Shown: positions 31,574-40,166 of the stretch, one piece after another
How the letters are laid out: the number at the start of each line of letters is the position of its first letter
Numbering within the stretch: position 1 is the stretch's first letter
Origin: Acidimicrobiaceae bacterium
GTDB lineage: Bacteria > Actinomycetota > Acidimicrobiia > Acidimicrobiales > Aldehydirespiratoraceae
Reading direction: 5' to 3'
Assembly (NCBI GenBank): GCA_018699415.1
Contig: JABIQM010000036.1
Location: forward strand, 61-64,060
DNA length: 64,000 nt
Position numbers and translations under genes: made by a program
Notes under the pieces: generated by a model
The model's input: the letters and a program-made list of their open reading frames with translations, nothing else
Databases searched by the model: none
Told to the model about the DNA's origin: nothing

Positions 31574-34134
31574 CCCAGCCCGGCAGCAGCGCGGGCTTGG
31601 TCAAGCGCGTCGTCAAGCTTTTCGAGGTGCTTGCCTCCCGCTACGGCCAGATCGGCACTCGGCTTGCCTCCACCACCGACAGTTTTCTTTGCGTCTTCGA
31701 TGAGCGCGCCGGCGTTGAGTGCACTTTCGGGTGTGACGGCGGCAACAAGGCCAACGCCACCCACATCAAAACCGGCGCCCAAGACTACAGCGTGCACATC
31801 TGGCTGGTCTCGGACCGATACCGCAAGGTCACGCAGGCCGTCACGTTCCACACCTTCGACACGAGCGACGACAACACCATCGATTGCCTGGCTAGCCAAG
31901 GTAGGTGCTTGGCCGACCGCCATTTGCTGCTTGAGTCGGGCCAGTTCGGAGCGCAACTCTTTCTGCTCAGTCTGGAGCCGCTGCACGCCGTGGAGCAAGT
32001 CATCGGTGGAAACGTTGAGTTCCCCGGCCGCAGCATTGGCGGTGGCCACGGTGTCTCGTAGCAACTCGACTGTGGCCATGCCAGTGAGCGCTTCGACACG
32101 ACGGATATTCGAGCCGATCGAACCCTCCGACACAATGCGGAACAGACCAATATCGCCCAATGCTTTCACGTGGGTTCCGCCGCAGAGTTCGACAGAGTTC
32201 GAGCCAGCCTCAAGTACGCGAACCGTATCGCCGTACTTGTCACCGAAGAACGCTATGGCGCCGAGATGCTCGGCCTGATCCATCGTGGTCTCGAAATGAC
32301 GACAGCTCAGGTTCTCGAGCACCTCGCCATTGACCAGATCTTCGATCTCAACGGCCTGCTCGGTCGTAAGACCTTCGTAGTGACTGAAGTCGAAACGAAG
32401 GCGATCCGGGCCGACATAGGACCCCTGCTGCTTGACGTGGTCACCCAACACCCGGCGCAGCGCCCAGTGCAAAATATGGGTGGCCGTATGATTGCGACGG
32501 ATGGCGGATCGGCGGTTGTTGTCGATCACCGCCGTGGCCCTTTGACCAACCTCAAGAGACCCCGAGCTAACTTCGATGTCGTGGATGTGGAGTCCCGGAA
32601 CGCCGTAGCGGGTGTCTGTAACTACAACTTCCCCTGTCGAGGTCGTGATGATGCCTGTATCACCAACCTGACCACCGGACTCGGCGTAGAACGGTGTGCG
32701 ATCGAGCACAACAATGGCGTCGTCGCGATAGAGAACCGTCGTCTCAGAGGAGATCTCAGCGCGGCCGGTGAAGTCGGTTTCACCGTGCTTCTCGAGGATT
32801 CCCGAGAGATGCGAGGTCTCCAGACCACCACCGACCTTCCGGGCATCCTTAGCGCGGCGCTGTTGCTCGGCCATCGCGGCTCGGAAGGCCTCAACGTCGA
32901 CCACCACGCCGCGTTCTTCGGTGATTTCCTGCGTCACTTCGAGTGGGAAACCGTACGTGTCGTGGAGGAGGAAAGCGGTGTCGCCATCAAGGGGCGCTCC
33001 CTCGGCAAGAGAGGCGAGCTTCCCGTCGAGAATCGTCGAACCGGTACGGAGGGTCTCACGGAAGCGAACTTCTTCGCGATCGATGACATCACGAATGAAC
33101 TCGTGGTTCTTTACCAGATCGGGATAGTCGGGGCCCATGACCTCGACTACAGCGTCGACCATTCCGCCCATGACTGCGGTTTCGACGCCGAGGAGGTATG
33201 CGTGGCGAACTGCGCGGCGCAAGATGCGGCGCAGCACATAACCTCGGGCTTCGTTGGACGGGAACACACCGTCGCTCACGAGCATCGACGTCGAACGGGC
33301 ATGGTCAGCCAAGATCCGCAGCGATACGAGTCGCTCGAACTCAGCAGTAGCCGGATCGACCCCGGTCAGCTTCGCGGCGGCAGCCTGGAGGGCGCTCAGT
33401 TCGTCGGTGTCCCACACGGAGTCGACACCCTGAAGAACCGACACGGTCCGCTCAAGGCCCATACCGGTGTCGATGGACGGCTTGGGCAGCGGAGTCTGTG
33501 TCCCGTCCGCAGCCTGATCGAACTGCATGAACACGAGATTCCATATCTCAATGAAACGGTCCTCGTCGCCGTGCTCGGGACCACCATCGGCGCCGAACTC
33601 TGGGCCTTTGTCCCAGAAAATCTCCGAGCATGGTCCGCACGGACCGGTGTCGCCCATGCGCCAGTAGTTGTCCTCGCCCAATCGCTGGATACGTCCAGCG
33701 GGCACACCAACTTCATCACGCCAAATCGCCTCAGCCTCATCATCGCTGTGATGAACCGTGACCCACAGGCGCTCGGGATCAAGAGCGAGCACCTCGGTGA
33801 CGAACTCCCAAGCCCACGCGCAGGCTTCGGACTTGAAGTAGTCCCCAAAGCTGAAATTGCCCATCATCTCGAAGAACGTGAGGTGACGGCGGGGGCGGCC
33901 GATCTCATCGAGGTCGTTGTGCTTGCCACCGGCCCGAACGCACTTCTGGATCGTGACCGCGCGGGGGTACGGCGCAGCTTCCTCGCCGGTGAAGTACGTC
34001 TTGAAAGGCACCATGCCTGCCACGGTGAAGAGCAAGGTCGGGTCGTGAGGGATCAGGCTCGACGATGGCTGATGGCTGTGGGCGCGCTCAATAAAGAAGT
34101 CAGTAAACGCCTGGCGTACTTCGTTAGCCTTCAT
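31570..34134 (-). CDS. alaS: Alanine--tRNA ligase
   Basis: RHLTFFEM.GNFSFGDYFK, GPCGPCSEI, DTGMGLER, editing motifs HTATH and CGGTH, and a DHHA1 tail. Confidence 0.98.
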   Translation of the reverse strand: MKANEVRQAFTDFFIERAHSHQPSSSLIPHDPTLLFTVAGMVPFKTYFTGEEAAPYPRAVTIQKCVRAGGKHNDLDEIGRPRRHLTFFEMMGNFSFGDYFKSEACAWAWEFVTEVLALDPERLWVTVHHSDDEAEAIWRDEVGVPAGRIQRLGEDNYWRMGDTGPCGPCSEIFWDKGPEFGADGGPEHGDEDRFIEIWNLVFMQFDQAADGTQTPLPKPSIDTGMGLERTVSVLQGVDSVWDTDELSALQAAAAKLTGVDPATAEFERLVSLRILADHARSTSMLVSDGVFPSNEARGYVLRRILRRAVRHAYLLGVETAVMGGMVDAVVEVMGPDYPDLVKNHEFIRDVIDREEVRFRETLRTGSTILDGKLASLAEGAPLDGDTAFLLHDTYGFPLEVTQEITEERGVVVDVEAFRAAMAEQQRRAKDARKVGGGLETSHLSGILEKHGETDFTGRAEISSETTVLYRDDAIVVLDRTPFYAESGGQVGDTGIITTSTGEVVVTDTRYGVPGLHIHDIEVSSGSLEVGQRATAVIDNNRRSAIRRNHTATHILHWALRRVLGDHVKQQGSYVGPDRLRFDFSHYEGLTTEQAVEIEDLVNGEVLENLSCRHFETTMDQAEHLGAIAFFGDKYGDTVRVLEAGSNSVELCGGTHVKALGDIGLFRIVSEGSIGSNIRRVEALTGMATVELLRDTVATANAAAGELNVSTDDLLHGVQRLQTEQKELRSELARLKQQMAVGQAPTLASQAIDGVVVARVEGVERDGLRDLAVSVRDQPDVHAVVLGAGFDVGGVGLVAAVTPESALNAGALIEDAKKTVGGGGKPSADLAVAGGKHLEKLDDALDQARAAAGLG

Positions 34135-34182
34135 GTGGGTCAAGCCTACCGGCGCGCCGAACGCTCACTGGCGAGTTTCCAC

Positions 34183-34533
34183 TCAGTGCAGGGGTCGAAA
34201 ACCCCGGCCTTCTTCGGCATCGGGTCGCAGATTGCGAGCCGAGCCGCTGTGCATGCTGTCATCGGCATCGAACTCGACAAGAAGATCAGCGCGTTCTCGC
34301 TGCATAGCTCCCACGCCTTCATGGGCCGCGTCTCGAAGATCGATTACAACTTCACGAGCTCGGTCAATAGTGTCTTTGGCGCGTTGGACCGTGGCCTTAC
34401 TCTTGGCTGAGACATCGGCCCGCATGTGCTCGGGGGCGACGCGCTGAACCGCTCGTCGCATGCGCTTCTGCATGTAGAAGGAGGTGCTAAGGCCCAGCGA
34501 ATAGCCCACGCCGGTCCAGATAACACGCCTCAC
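34183..34533 (-). CDS. Small membrane-anchored protein, DUF6167-like
   Basis: MRRVIW.G.G..LG N-terminal helix and EGV.AM.RE..L. Lies between DUF948 and alaS, as in other actinobacteria. Confidence 0.6.
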   Translation of the reverse strand: MRRVIWTGVGYSLGLSTSFYMQKRMRRAVQRVAPEHMRADVSAKSKATVQRAKDTIDRAREVVIDLRDAAHEGVGAMQRERADLLVEFDADDSMHSGSARNLRPDAEEGRGFRPLH

Positions 34534-34549
34534 TGGGTCCTCCTAAGAT

Positions 34550-34942
34550 TCATTTTCGTCTCCCGCGTACCTCGATGGCGGTGCGGCGACGCGGTGTCCG
34601 CAAGGCTCGCCTGGCACGTCCTGCACCTTTCACGAACGACAGAGTTTTGATCAACGGCGGCGCCATCGCCTTATACGTCAAGCGTGACGCCACATCGACC
34701 GTGGCGGTGATCCGTTCTGCTCGCCCAATCACGTCGTCGACTCGATCGAGTTCCTCGTTGGCCTTGTTGACCGTGGTGCGGAGATCATCGACCATCGGAA
34801 GCGTGTTTGATCGCAACTCGTCGACCGTGATTCGCAACTCGCGAAGCGTGCGGACGAGAGCTTGAATGGCGATCACTAAAACAGCAACCGCAACAAGACA
34901 CACGATCGTGACGATCACAGCAGCAAGGTCGACGGCAGACAT
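34550..34942 (-). CDS. DUF948 family membrane protein
   Basis: N-terminal TM helix, coiled coil (ELDRVDDV), PLIK motif and basic tail. Confidence 0.7.
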   Translation of the reverse strand: MSAVDLAAVIVTIVCLVAVAVLVIAIQALVRTLRELRITVDELRSNTLPMVDDLRTTVNKANEELDRVDDVIGRAERITATVDVASRLTYKAMAPPLIKTLSFVKGAGRARRALRTPRRRTAIEVRGRRK

Positions 34943-34978
34943 CTCGGCCTAGTCAAGCACGCGTCGCCACCGGTACCC

Positions 34979-35031
34979 CGAAATTGTTGATGATTCCTGC
35001 TGATTGAGATGGGCCATCATCAATAATTTCG
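34979..35031. repeat. AT-rich 16-bp inverted repeat with a 21-nt spacer, just downstream of rarA
   Basis: CGAAATTGTTGATGAT (34979-34994) pairs with ATCATCAATAATTTCG (35016-35031), with one mismatch. Confidence 0.75.
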
Positions 35032-35033
35032 CG

Positions 35034-36320
35034 CTACGGGAAAGGCCAGCGGTCGCGGATTCGAGACTCGAAGCCGTGCGGGGACGGGTCGTAGAAGACC
35101 TGACCAGCGACCTCTTCTGGGAGATAGTCCTGCTCGGTCCAGCCGCGTTCGTCGTCGTGCGGGTACTTGTAGCCGTCCCCGTGACCGAGGGATGCCGCAC
35201 CCTTGTAGTGAGCGTCACGGAGATGGACTGGCACCTCGCCAGCCCCTGCCTCGCGAGCCGCCGCTCTCGCGGCAAAGATCGCTTCGGTAACCCGGTTGGA
35301 CTTGGGGGCAGTTGCCAGATGGATCACGGCTTGAGCGAGATTGAGCTGTGCCTCGGGGAGTCCCACGAACTCCACAGCACGTGCCGCTGCTTCAGCGATG
35401 AGAAGAGACTGCGGATCGGCCATGCCTACGTCCTCCGAAGCGAGAATCACAAGGCGACGAGCGATGAACCGAGCATCCTCCCCCGCCTCCAGCATTCTGG
35501 CCAACCAGTAGAGGCCGGCGTTCGGGTCCGATCCCCGGATGCTCTTGATGAAGGCGCTTATGACGTCGTAGTGACCGTCCCGCCCGTAACGAACGGCTTT
35601 GGCGTCGACCGCTGACTCCGCATCGGCGAGCGTGATGTGGATCGGGCGACCACGACCTGAGGCCAGAGCGACCGCCACCTCAGTACTCGTCAGCGCGTGA
35701 CGGCCATCGCCTCCTGCACGGCCCGCAAGATGGGCGATCGCATCCGCATCAGCTGAAGCGCCCTCGATCTCGAGTCCCCGCCGAACGAGTTCGGCGACGT
35801 CTACATCGTCCAACGCGTGGAGTCGAAAGAGCGTTGACCGAGACATGAGTGGCGGGTTGACCTCAAAGTGAGGGTTTTCCGTGGTGGCACCAATCAGCAC
35901 AATCAGTCCTTCCTCCACTGCAGGAAGGAGAGTGTCCTGCTGCGCCTTGTTGAATCGATGAACCTCGTCAAGGAAGAGGATCGTGCCGGTTCCGCGCTCA
36001 CCGAGGCGCTGGCGTGAGCTGGCGATTATCTCCCGCACATCCTTCACCGACGCGGTCACTGCCGAAAGCTCTTCGAAGACCTTCTCGGTCGTATGAGCGA
36101 CAAGCCGGGCCAGAGAGGTTTTGCCGGTACCTGGCGGGCCCCAAAAGATCACCGACGACAAGCGGTCCGATTCGATCAACGAACGCAACGGCTGGCCAGG
36201 GGCGAGCAGGTGGCGTTGACCCACAACATCGTCCAAATTTCGGGGCCGCAACCGGGCAGCTAGCGGTGAGCGAGTTTGCAGCCGTTGTTCGGCGGCAGCA
36301 GTGAACAAGTCGTCGGCCAC
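35034..36320 (-). CDS. rarA: Replication-associated recombination protein A (MgsA/RarA)
   Basis: PLAARLRP, GPPGTGKT, LDEVHRFNKAQQD, GATTENP, SAFIKSIRGSD, ASEDVG. Confidence 0.95.
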   Translation of the reverse strand: MADDLFTAAAEQRLQTRSPLAARLRPRNLDDVVGQRHLLAPGQPLRSLIESDRLSSVIFWGPPGTGKTSLARLVAHTTEKVFEELSAVTASVKDVREIIASSRQRLGERGTGTILFLDEVHRFNKAQQDTLLPAVEEGLIVLIGATTENPHFEVNPPLMSRSTLFRLHALDDVDVAELVRRGLEIEGASADADAIAHLAGRAGGDGRHALTSTEVAVALASGRGRPIHITLADAESAVDAKAVRYGRDGHYDVISAFIKSIRGSDPNAGLYWLARMLEAGEDARFIARRLVILASEDVGMADPQSLLIAEAAARAVEFVGLPEAQLNLAQAVIHLATAPKSNRVTEAIFAARAAAREAGAGEVPVHLRDAHYKGAASLGHGDGYKYPHDDERGWTEQDYLPEEVAGQVFYDPSPHGFESRIRDRWPFP

Positions 36321-36378
36321 GGCCGGACCTTAACCCTGTTCCCTTAGCTTGCGGGTCTCTCGTGCCGATAGGACCAAG

Positions 36379-36945
36379 GTGCGAGATCTCTTTGCTATTT
36401 TCTTCTGGTGTTGGTGTGCAACCTCGATCGTGGTCCTCCTCCGGCGGGTGATCACGAGAGGCACGCTGAAGTCGTCCTCTCGTGCGACGACGGAGATCGA
36501 CCCCAAGGAGTCGTTTGAAGCCAAACTGCTGCGGGGTCCCGACTCAGCGACATCGGTGGAGGAAGGGCCCAGCGAACTAGATCACGATGCTCCCGTTGCT
36601 CAGCCTCTCACCGGCCGCCTGACAACGCTCGCCGAAGCGCTCGAAGGGATTGCCCTCCCGAATGGGCTTATGCCTGTCATCAGCGATCGAGTCGATCCAC
36701 GCAACATGTTGTTCTCAAGCTCCGAGAATCCTTCCGAGACAATCGCGCGCGGACTCACCGCCGAGGTTGAACGACTCGGGTTTTCTGTCGAGACCGTTGA
36801 TGACGAGACGGTTCACGCCATCAAGGAAGACGCGGAGCTTCAGATTCGAATCCACCGCGATCTGGAGCGGGCACGAATGTGCGTCGGCTCTGGCCTTGTG
36901 GCGCTGCCAGAGTCCTCAGTCATTGTGCAGATGCGCCTTCGTTAA
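36379..36945 (+). CDS. Hypothetical protein with an N-terminal TM helix
   Basis: Open frame with a hydrophobic N-terminus that fills the gap between rarA and aspS. It is followed by a terminator-like hairpin. Confidence 0.6.
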   Translation: MRDLFAIFFWCWCATSIVVLLRRVITRGTLKSSSRATTEIDPKESFEAKLLRGPDSATSVEEGPSELDHDAPVAQPLTGRLTTLAEALEGIALPNGLMPVISDRVDPRNMLFSSSENPSETIARGLTAEVERLGFSVETVDDETVHAIKEDAELQIRIHRDLERARMCVGSGLVALPESSVIVQMRLR

Positions 36946-36974
36946 GGCGCACCAACTGGTGAATCGCCTTTTTT
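36944..36974 (+). terminator. Putative intrinsic terminator
   Basis: AAGGCG-CACC-aact-GGTG-aat-CGCCTT followed by a T run, between convergent genes. Confidence 0.6.
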
Positions 36975-38730
36975 AGGTCCTCGGAGGAAGAACTCCGAGG
37001 CCAAGTTCTGCCAGATGCGCGGCGTCGATTGCCGACGGAGCGTTGGTCAGCGGATCGCTACCGGACTGCGTCTTCGGGAAGGCGATGACCTCACGAATGT
37101 TGGTCTCGCCGACCAGCAGCGCAGTGATGCGGTCGATGCCAAACGCGAACCCTCCGTGGGGAGGGGCGCCGAAGCGGAAGGCGTCAAGCAGGAAGCCGAA
37201 TTTGGCGTTGCGCTCCTCTTCACCGATCCCCAGTAGCTCAAAGATTCTGTTCTGAATGTCTGGTCGGTTAATTCGGATCGAACCGGAGCCGAGTTCCCAA
37301 CCGTTGAGAACGAGGTCGTAGGCCTGGGACCGCACGTCGAGCAGAGCGTCTCCTCCTTCGTCGAGGAGGGCCCAGTCGTCTTCATGGGGCATGGTGAACG
37401 GGTGGTGGGATGGCACCGGCTTGCCGTTCTCGTTGATTGACTCAAAGAGTGGGAAATCCACGACCCACACGAAGTTGAGGCCGCCCTCGTTGACGGGTGG
37501 ACGACCGAGTTCGAGACGAAGCAGGCCGAGGACGTGTCGAACGAGACGACGCTCGTCAGCGACCAGGAACACCATGTCACCGGGTTGTGCCTTGAGCGCA
37601 GCAACGACCTGGCTTGACTCGTCGTTCGACAGGAACTTCGCGACACCAGCATCGAGTGTTGGTCCCGATTCACCGTCGATGACCTTCATCCAGGCGAGGC
37701 CCTTGGCCCCCCAGCGCTGGCAGGTTTCGACAAGGGCATCGATCTGATTGCGGGACAGCGCTTCCATTCCGCCTTCCATGCAAATGCCCTTGATGCACGG
37801 AGCCTGAAACACGCGGGCTTCGGTGCCCTCGAAGATGGCGGTCAGCTCGACGAGCTCCATGCCGAAGCGGGTGTCGGGCTTGTCGCTACCAAATCGCTCT
37901 TGCGCCTCAAGCCAGGTGATGCGGGGGAACTCGGTGGGGCGCTCACCTGTCACGGCTTCGGTCGTAGAGGCGACGGTATGAGAGATCACGGCGAAGACGT
38001 CTTCTTGGTCGACGAAACTCATCTCGGCGTCGAGTTGCATGAACTCGAACTGACGGTCGGCGCGAAGGTCCTCATCTCGGAGACAACGAGCGATCTGGTA
38101 GTAGCGATCGATGCCACCCACCATGCACAACTGCTTGAAGAGCTGGGGTGACTGGGGCAGGGCGTAGAACGCACCCGGGTCCTTACGCGAGGGCACGACA
38201 AAGTCGCGGGCACCCTCAGGCGTCGACGCGATCAACATGGGCGTCTCAATCTCGACGAAGCCTTGGTCTTCCATCCCACGCCGAATAGCGCTGTTGACGA
38301 TGGAGCGCGTCCGTAGGTTGGTCTGCATGCGGTTTTTTCGCAGATCGACATAGCGATGACGCAGACGGATTGTCTCATCAACGTCGGTGCGTTCGTCGAG
38401 TGGGAATGGCGGTGGCTCTGCCATAGCCAGAATTTCGATGTCGGAGATCTCGATCTCGATCTCACCGGTCGGGAGTCCCATATTGGCGGTATCGGCAGGG
38501 CGCAGGCGAACTTCGCCAGTCATCTTGGTGACATACTCGCTGCGAAGGTCATGGCTGCGGTTGACCACGCACTGGACGATGCCCGTGCGGTCACGCAAGT
38601 CGATGAAGGCGAGATTTTCGCCATGCTCGCGGCGGGTAGCAACCCAACCGCAAACGCTGACGGTGCGACCGGCGTCGGCAGCGGTGAGTTGGCCGCACAT
38701 GTCGGTGCGCATGGAGGTGGTGAGATCCAT
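36973..38730 (-). CDS. aspS: Aspartate--tRNA ligase, probably non-discriminating Asp/Asn type
   Basis: RREHG (His typical of ND-AspRS), TPEGARDF, LPQSPQLFKQ, RDEDLRADRQ, GAPPHGG. Confidence 0.97.
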   Translation of the reverse strand: MDLTTSMRTDMCGQLTAADAGRTVSVCGWVATRREHGENLAFIDLRDRTGIVQCVVNRSHDLRSEYVTKMTGEVRLRPADTANMGLPTGEIEIEISDIEILAMAEPPPFPLDERTDVDETIRLRHRYVDLRKNRMQTNLRTRSIVNSAIRRGMEDQGFVEIETPMLIASTPEGARDFVVPSRKDPGAFYALPQSPQLFKQLCMVGGIDRYYQIARCLRDEDLRADRQFEFMQLDAEMSFVDQEDVFAVISHTVASTTEAVTGERPTEFPRITWLEAQERFGSDKPDTRFGMELVELTAIFEGTEARVFQAPCIKGICMEGGMEALSRNQIDALVETCQRWGAKGLAWMKVIDGESGPTLDAGVAKFLSNDESSQVVAALKAQPGDMVFLVADERRLVRHVLGLLRLELGRPPVNEGGLNFVWVVDFPLFESINENGKPVPSHHPFTMPHEDDWALLDEGGDALLDVRSQAYDLVLNGWELGSGSIRINRPDIQNRIFELLGIGEEERNAKFGFLLDAFRFGAPPHGGFAFGIDRITALLVGETNIREVIAFPKTQSGSDPLTNAPSAIDAAHLAELGLGVLPPRT

Positions 38731-38775
38731 CGTGATTCCTGATTCCTGGGGAGAGTTCGTTTGGGGGTATTGCGG

Positions 38776-40044
38776 CTAGATCGCGAGTAGTTGGTTGACT
38801 TCATACACGAGCGTGTCGAGCGCAACGCGGTGCTGGCCGGTATCGCCACGCAAATCGCGGAGCGTGACTTCACCAGCGGCGACTTCATCCTCACCGATGA
38901 TGGCAGCGAAGGGTGCACCAGACCGATCGGCGACCTTCATCTGAGCCTTCATGGAGCGGCCGCCATAGCTACGATCGGCACCGATACCGGCATCACGTAG
39001 TTCGTTGCAAACGCCGAGGGCGTGGCTTCCGCCGGTGACGTCAACCACGAACACGCTCACGGTGGAGGATGGCATGGGGAAGACGTCTTCCGCATCGCAG
39101 GCCAACAAGATCCGATCGACGCCGAGCGCGAAACCGATGCCGGGAGTGGCGGGACCGCCAAGGTTCTCGACAAGTCCGTCATAGCGGCCCCCACCACCGA
39201 CTGCGTTTTGGGCAGTGGCAAGCGCGTCAGCGGCGAACTCGAAGGTGGTGCGGGTGTAGTAGTCGAGCCCGCGCACGAGTCTCGGCGAAATCCCATACGG
39301 GATCCCAAGCGCATCGAGTCCGGAGCGCACCGCAGCGAAATGTTCAGCGGTGTCATCGCTCAGATAGTCGACCATCAGGGGTGCCGCATCGATGACGGCT
39401 TGGTCTTCAGGTCGCTTCGAGTCGAGCACACGAAGCGGGTTGCGCTCAAGCGTGACCCGGCTCTGATCACTCAGGTTCGCGGCGCTGGATTCGAGATAGC
39501 CGCGTAAGGCATCTATGTACGCGGGACGGCACGACGAGTCGCCGAGGCTGTTGAGGAGCAGGCTGACCTGTCGAAGACCGAGACTCTCGTAGAACCGCCA
39601 GGCCAACGCGATCACATCGACGTCCGCTTGCGGGTCATCGGTGCCAAGAGTCTCGACTCCAACTTGAGAGAACTGCCGATAGCGGCCGGCCTGAGGCTGC
39701 TCGTAGCGGAACTGTGGGCCCTCGTACCAGACCTTCCACGGCGGAACCGGCCGGTGCTCGGCGTAGGCGCGGCAAACGCTGGCAGTCAGTTCTGGGCGCA
39801 ACGCAAGGTGCTGCGGTGGGTCGCCCTTGTCGAAGAAGTCGAACATTTCCTTCGTGACCACGTCAGTGGATTCGCCAAGCCGCTTGAAGACGCCGATGTC
39901 TTCAAAGATCGGCGACATAACCTCGCCGAAACCACCGAGTCCGGCCTGAGCAGCGAACGCGTCGATCAGGGCGCGACGGCGCCCAGACTCCGGTGGGAGG
40001 ATGTCGCTCGTGCCCTTGGGGGCCTTGAATGTCGGCTCAGCCAC
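38776..40044 (-). CDS. hisS: Histidine--tRNA ligase
   Basis: APKGT.D, LRPELTA, FRYEQPQAGRYRQF, LVRGLDYYT, GGGRYDGL. GTG 40044 chosen as start. Confidence 0.96.
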   Translation of the reverse strand: MAEPTFKAPKGTSDILPPESGRRRALIDAFAAQAGLGGFGEVMSPIFEDIGVFKRLGESTDVVTKEMFDFFDKGDPPQHLALRPELTASVCRAYAEHRPVPPWKVWYEGPQFRYEQPQAGRYRQFSQVGVETLGTDDPQADVDVIALAWRFYESLGLRQVSLLLNSLGDSSCRPAYIDALRGYLESSAANLSDQSRVTLERNPLRVLDSKRPEDQAVIDAAPLMVDYLSDDTAEHFAAVRSGLDALGIPYGISPRLVRGLDYYTRTTFEFAADALATAQNAVGGGGRYDGLVENLGGPATPGIGFALGVDRILLACDAEDVFPMPSSTVSVFVVDVTGGSHALGVCNELRDAGIGADRSYGGRSMKAQMKVADRSGAPFAAIIGEDEVAAGEVTLRDLRGDTGQHRVALDTLVYEVNQLLAI

Positions 40045-40091
40045 AACTGTCAAGGCTACCGCTCTCGATTGGTCCCGAAGGCGGATTTGAT

Positions 40092-40126
40092 AAAGCACGT
40101 CTGGGGACAGACCCTATTCGTGCTTT
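40092..40126 (+). repeat. REP-like palindromic repeat, copy A
   Basis: AAAGCACGTCTGGGGACAGACCCTATTCGTGCTTT, 29/35 identical to the reverse complement of 54180-54214. Confidence 0.7.
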
Positions 40127-40166
40127 GCTCGCCACTGGTGCACACCGGAGACTGCCCCCATGTGAG

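Noticed and set aside
32170-34410. 746-aa plus-strand ORF antisense to alaS
   Set aside because: It is a shadow ORF caused by high-GC codon bias. It mirrors alaS and has no recognisable motifs.
36301-36315. GAAC-containing sequence at the rarA start as a second SOS box
   Set aside because: The second half-site (CGTC) is too divergent and the site is explained by coding sequence.
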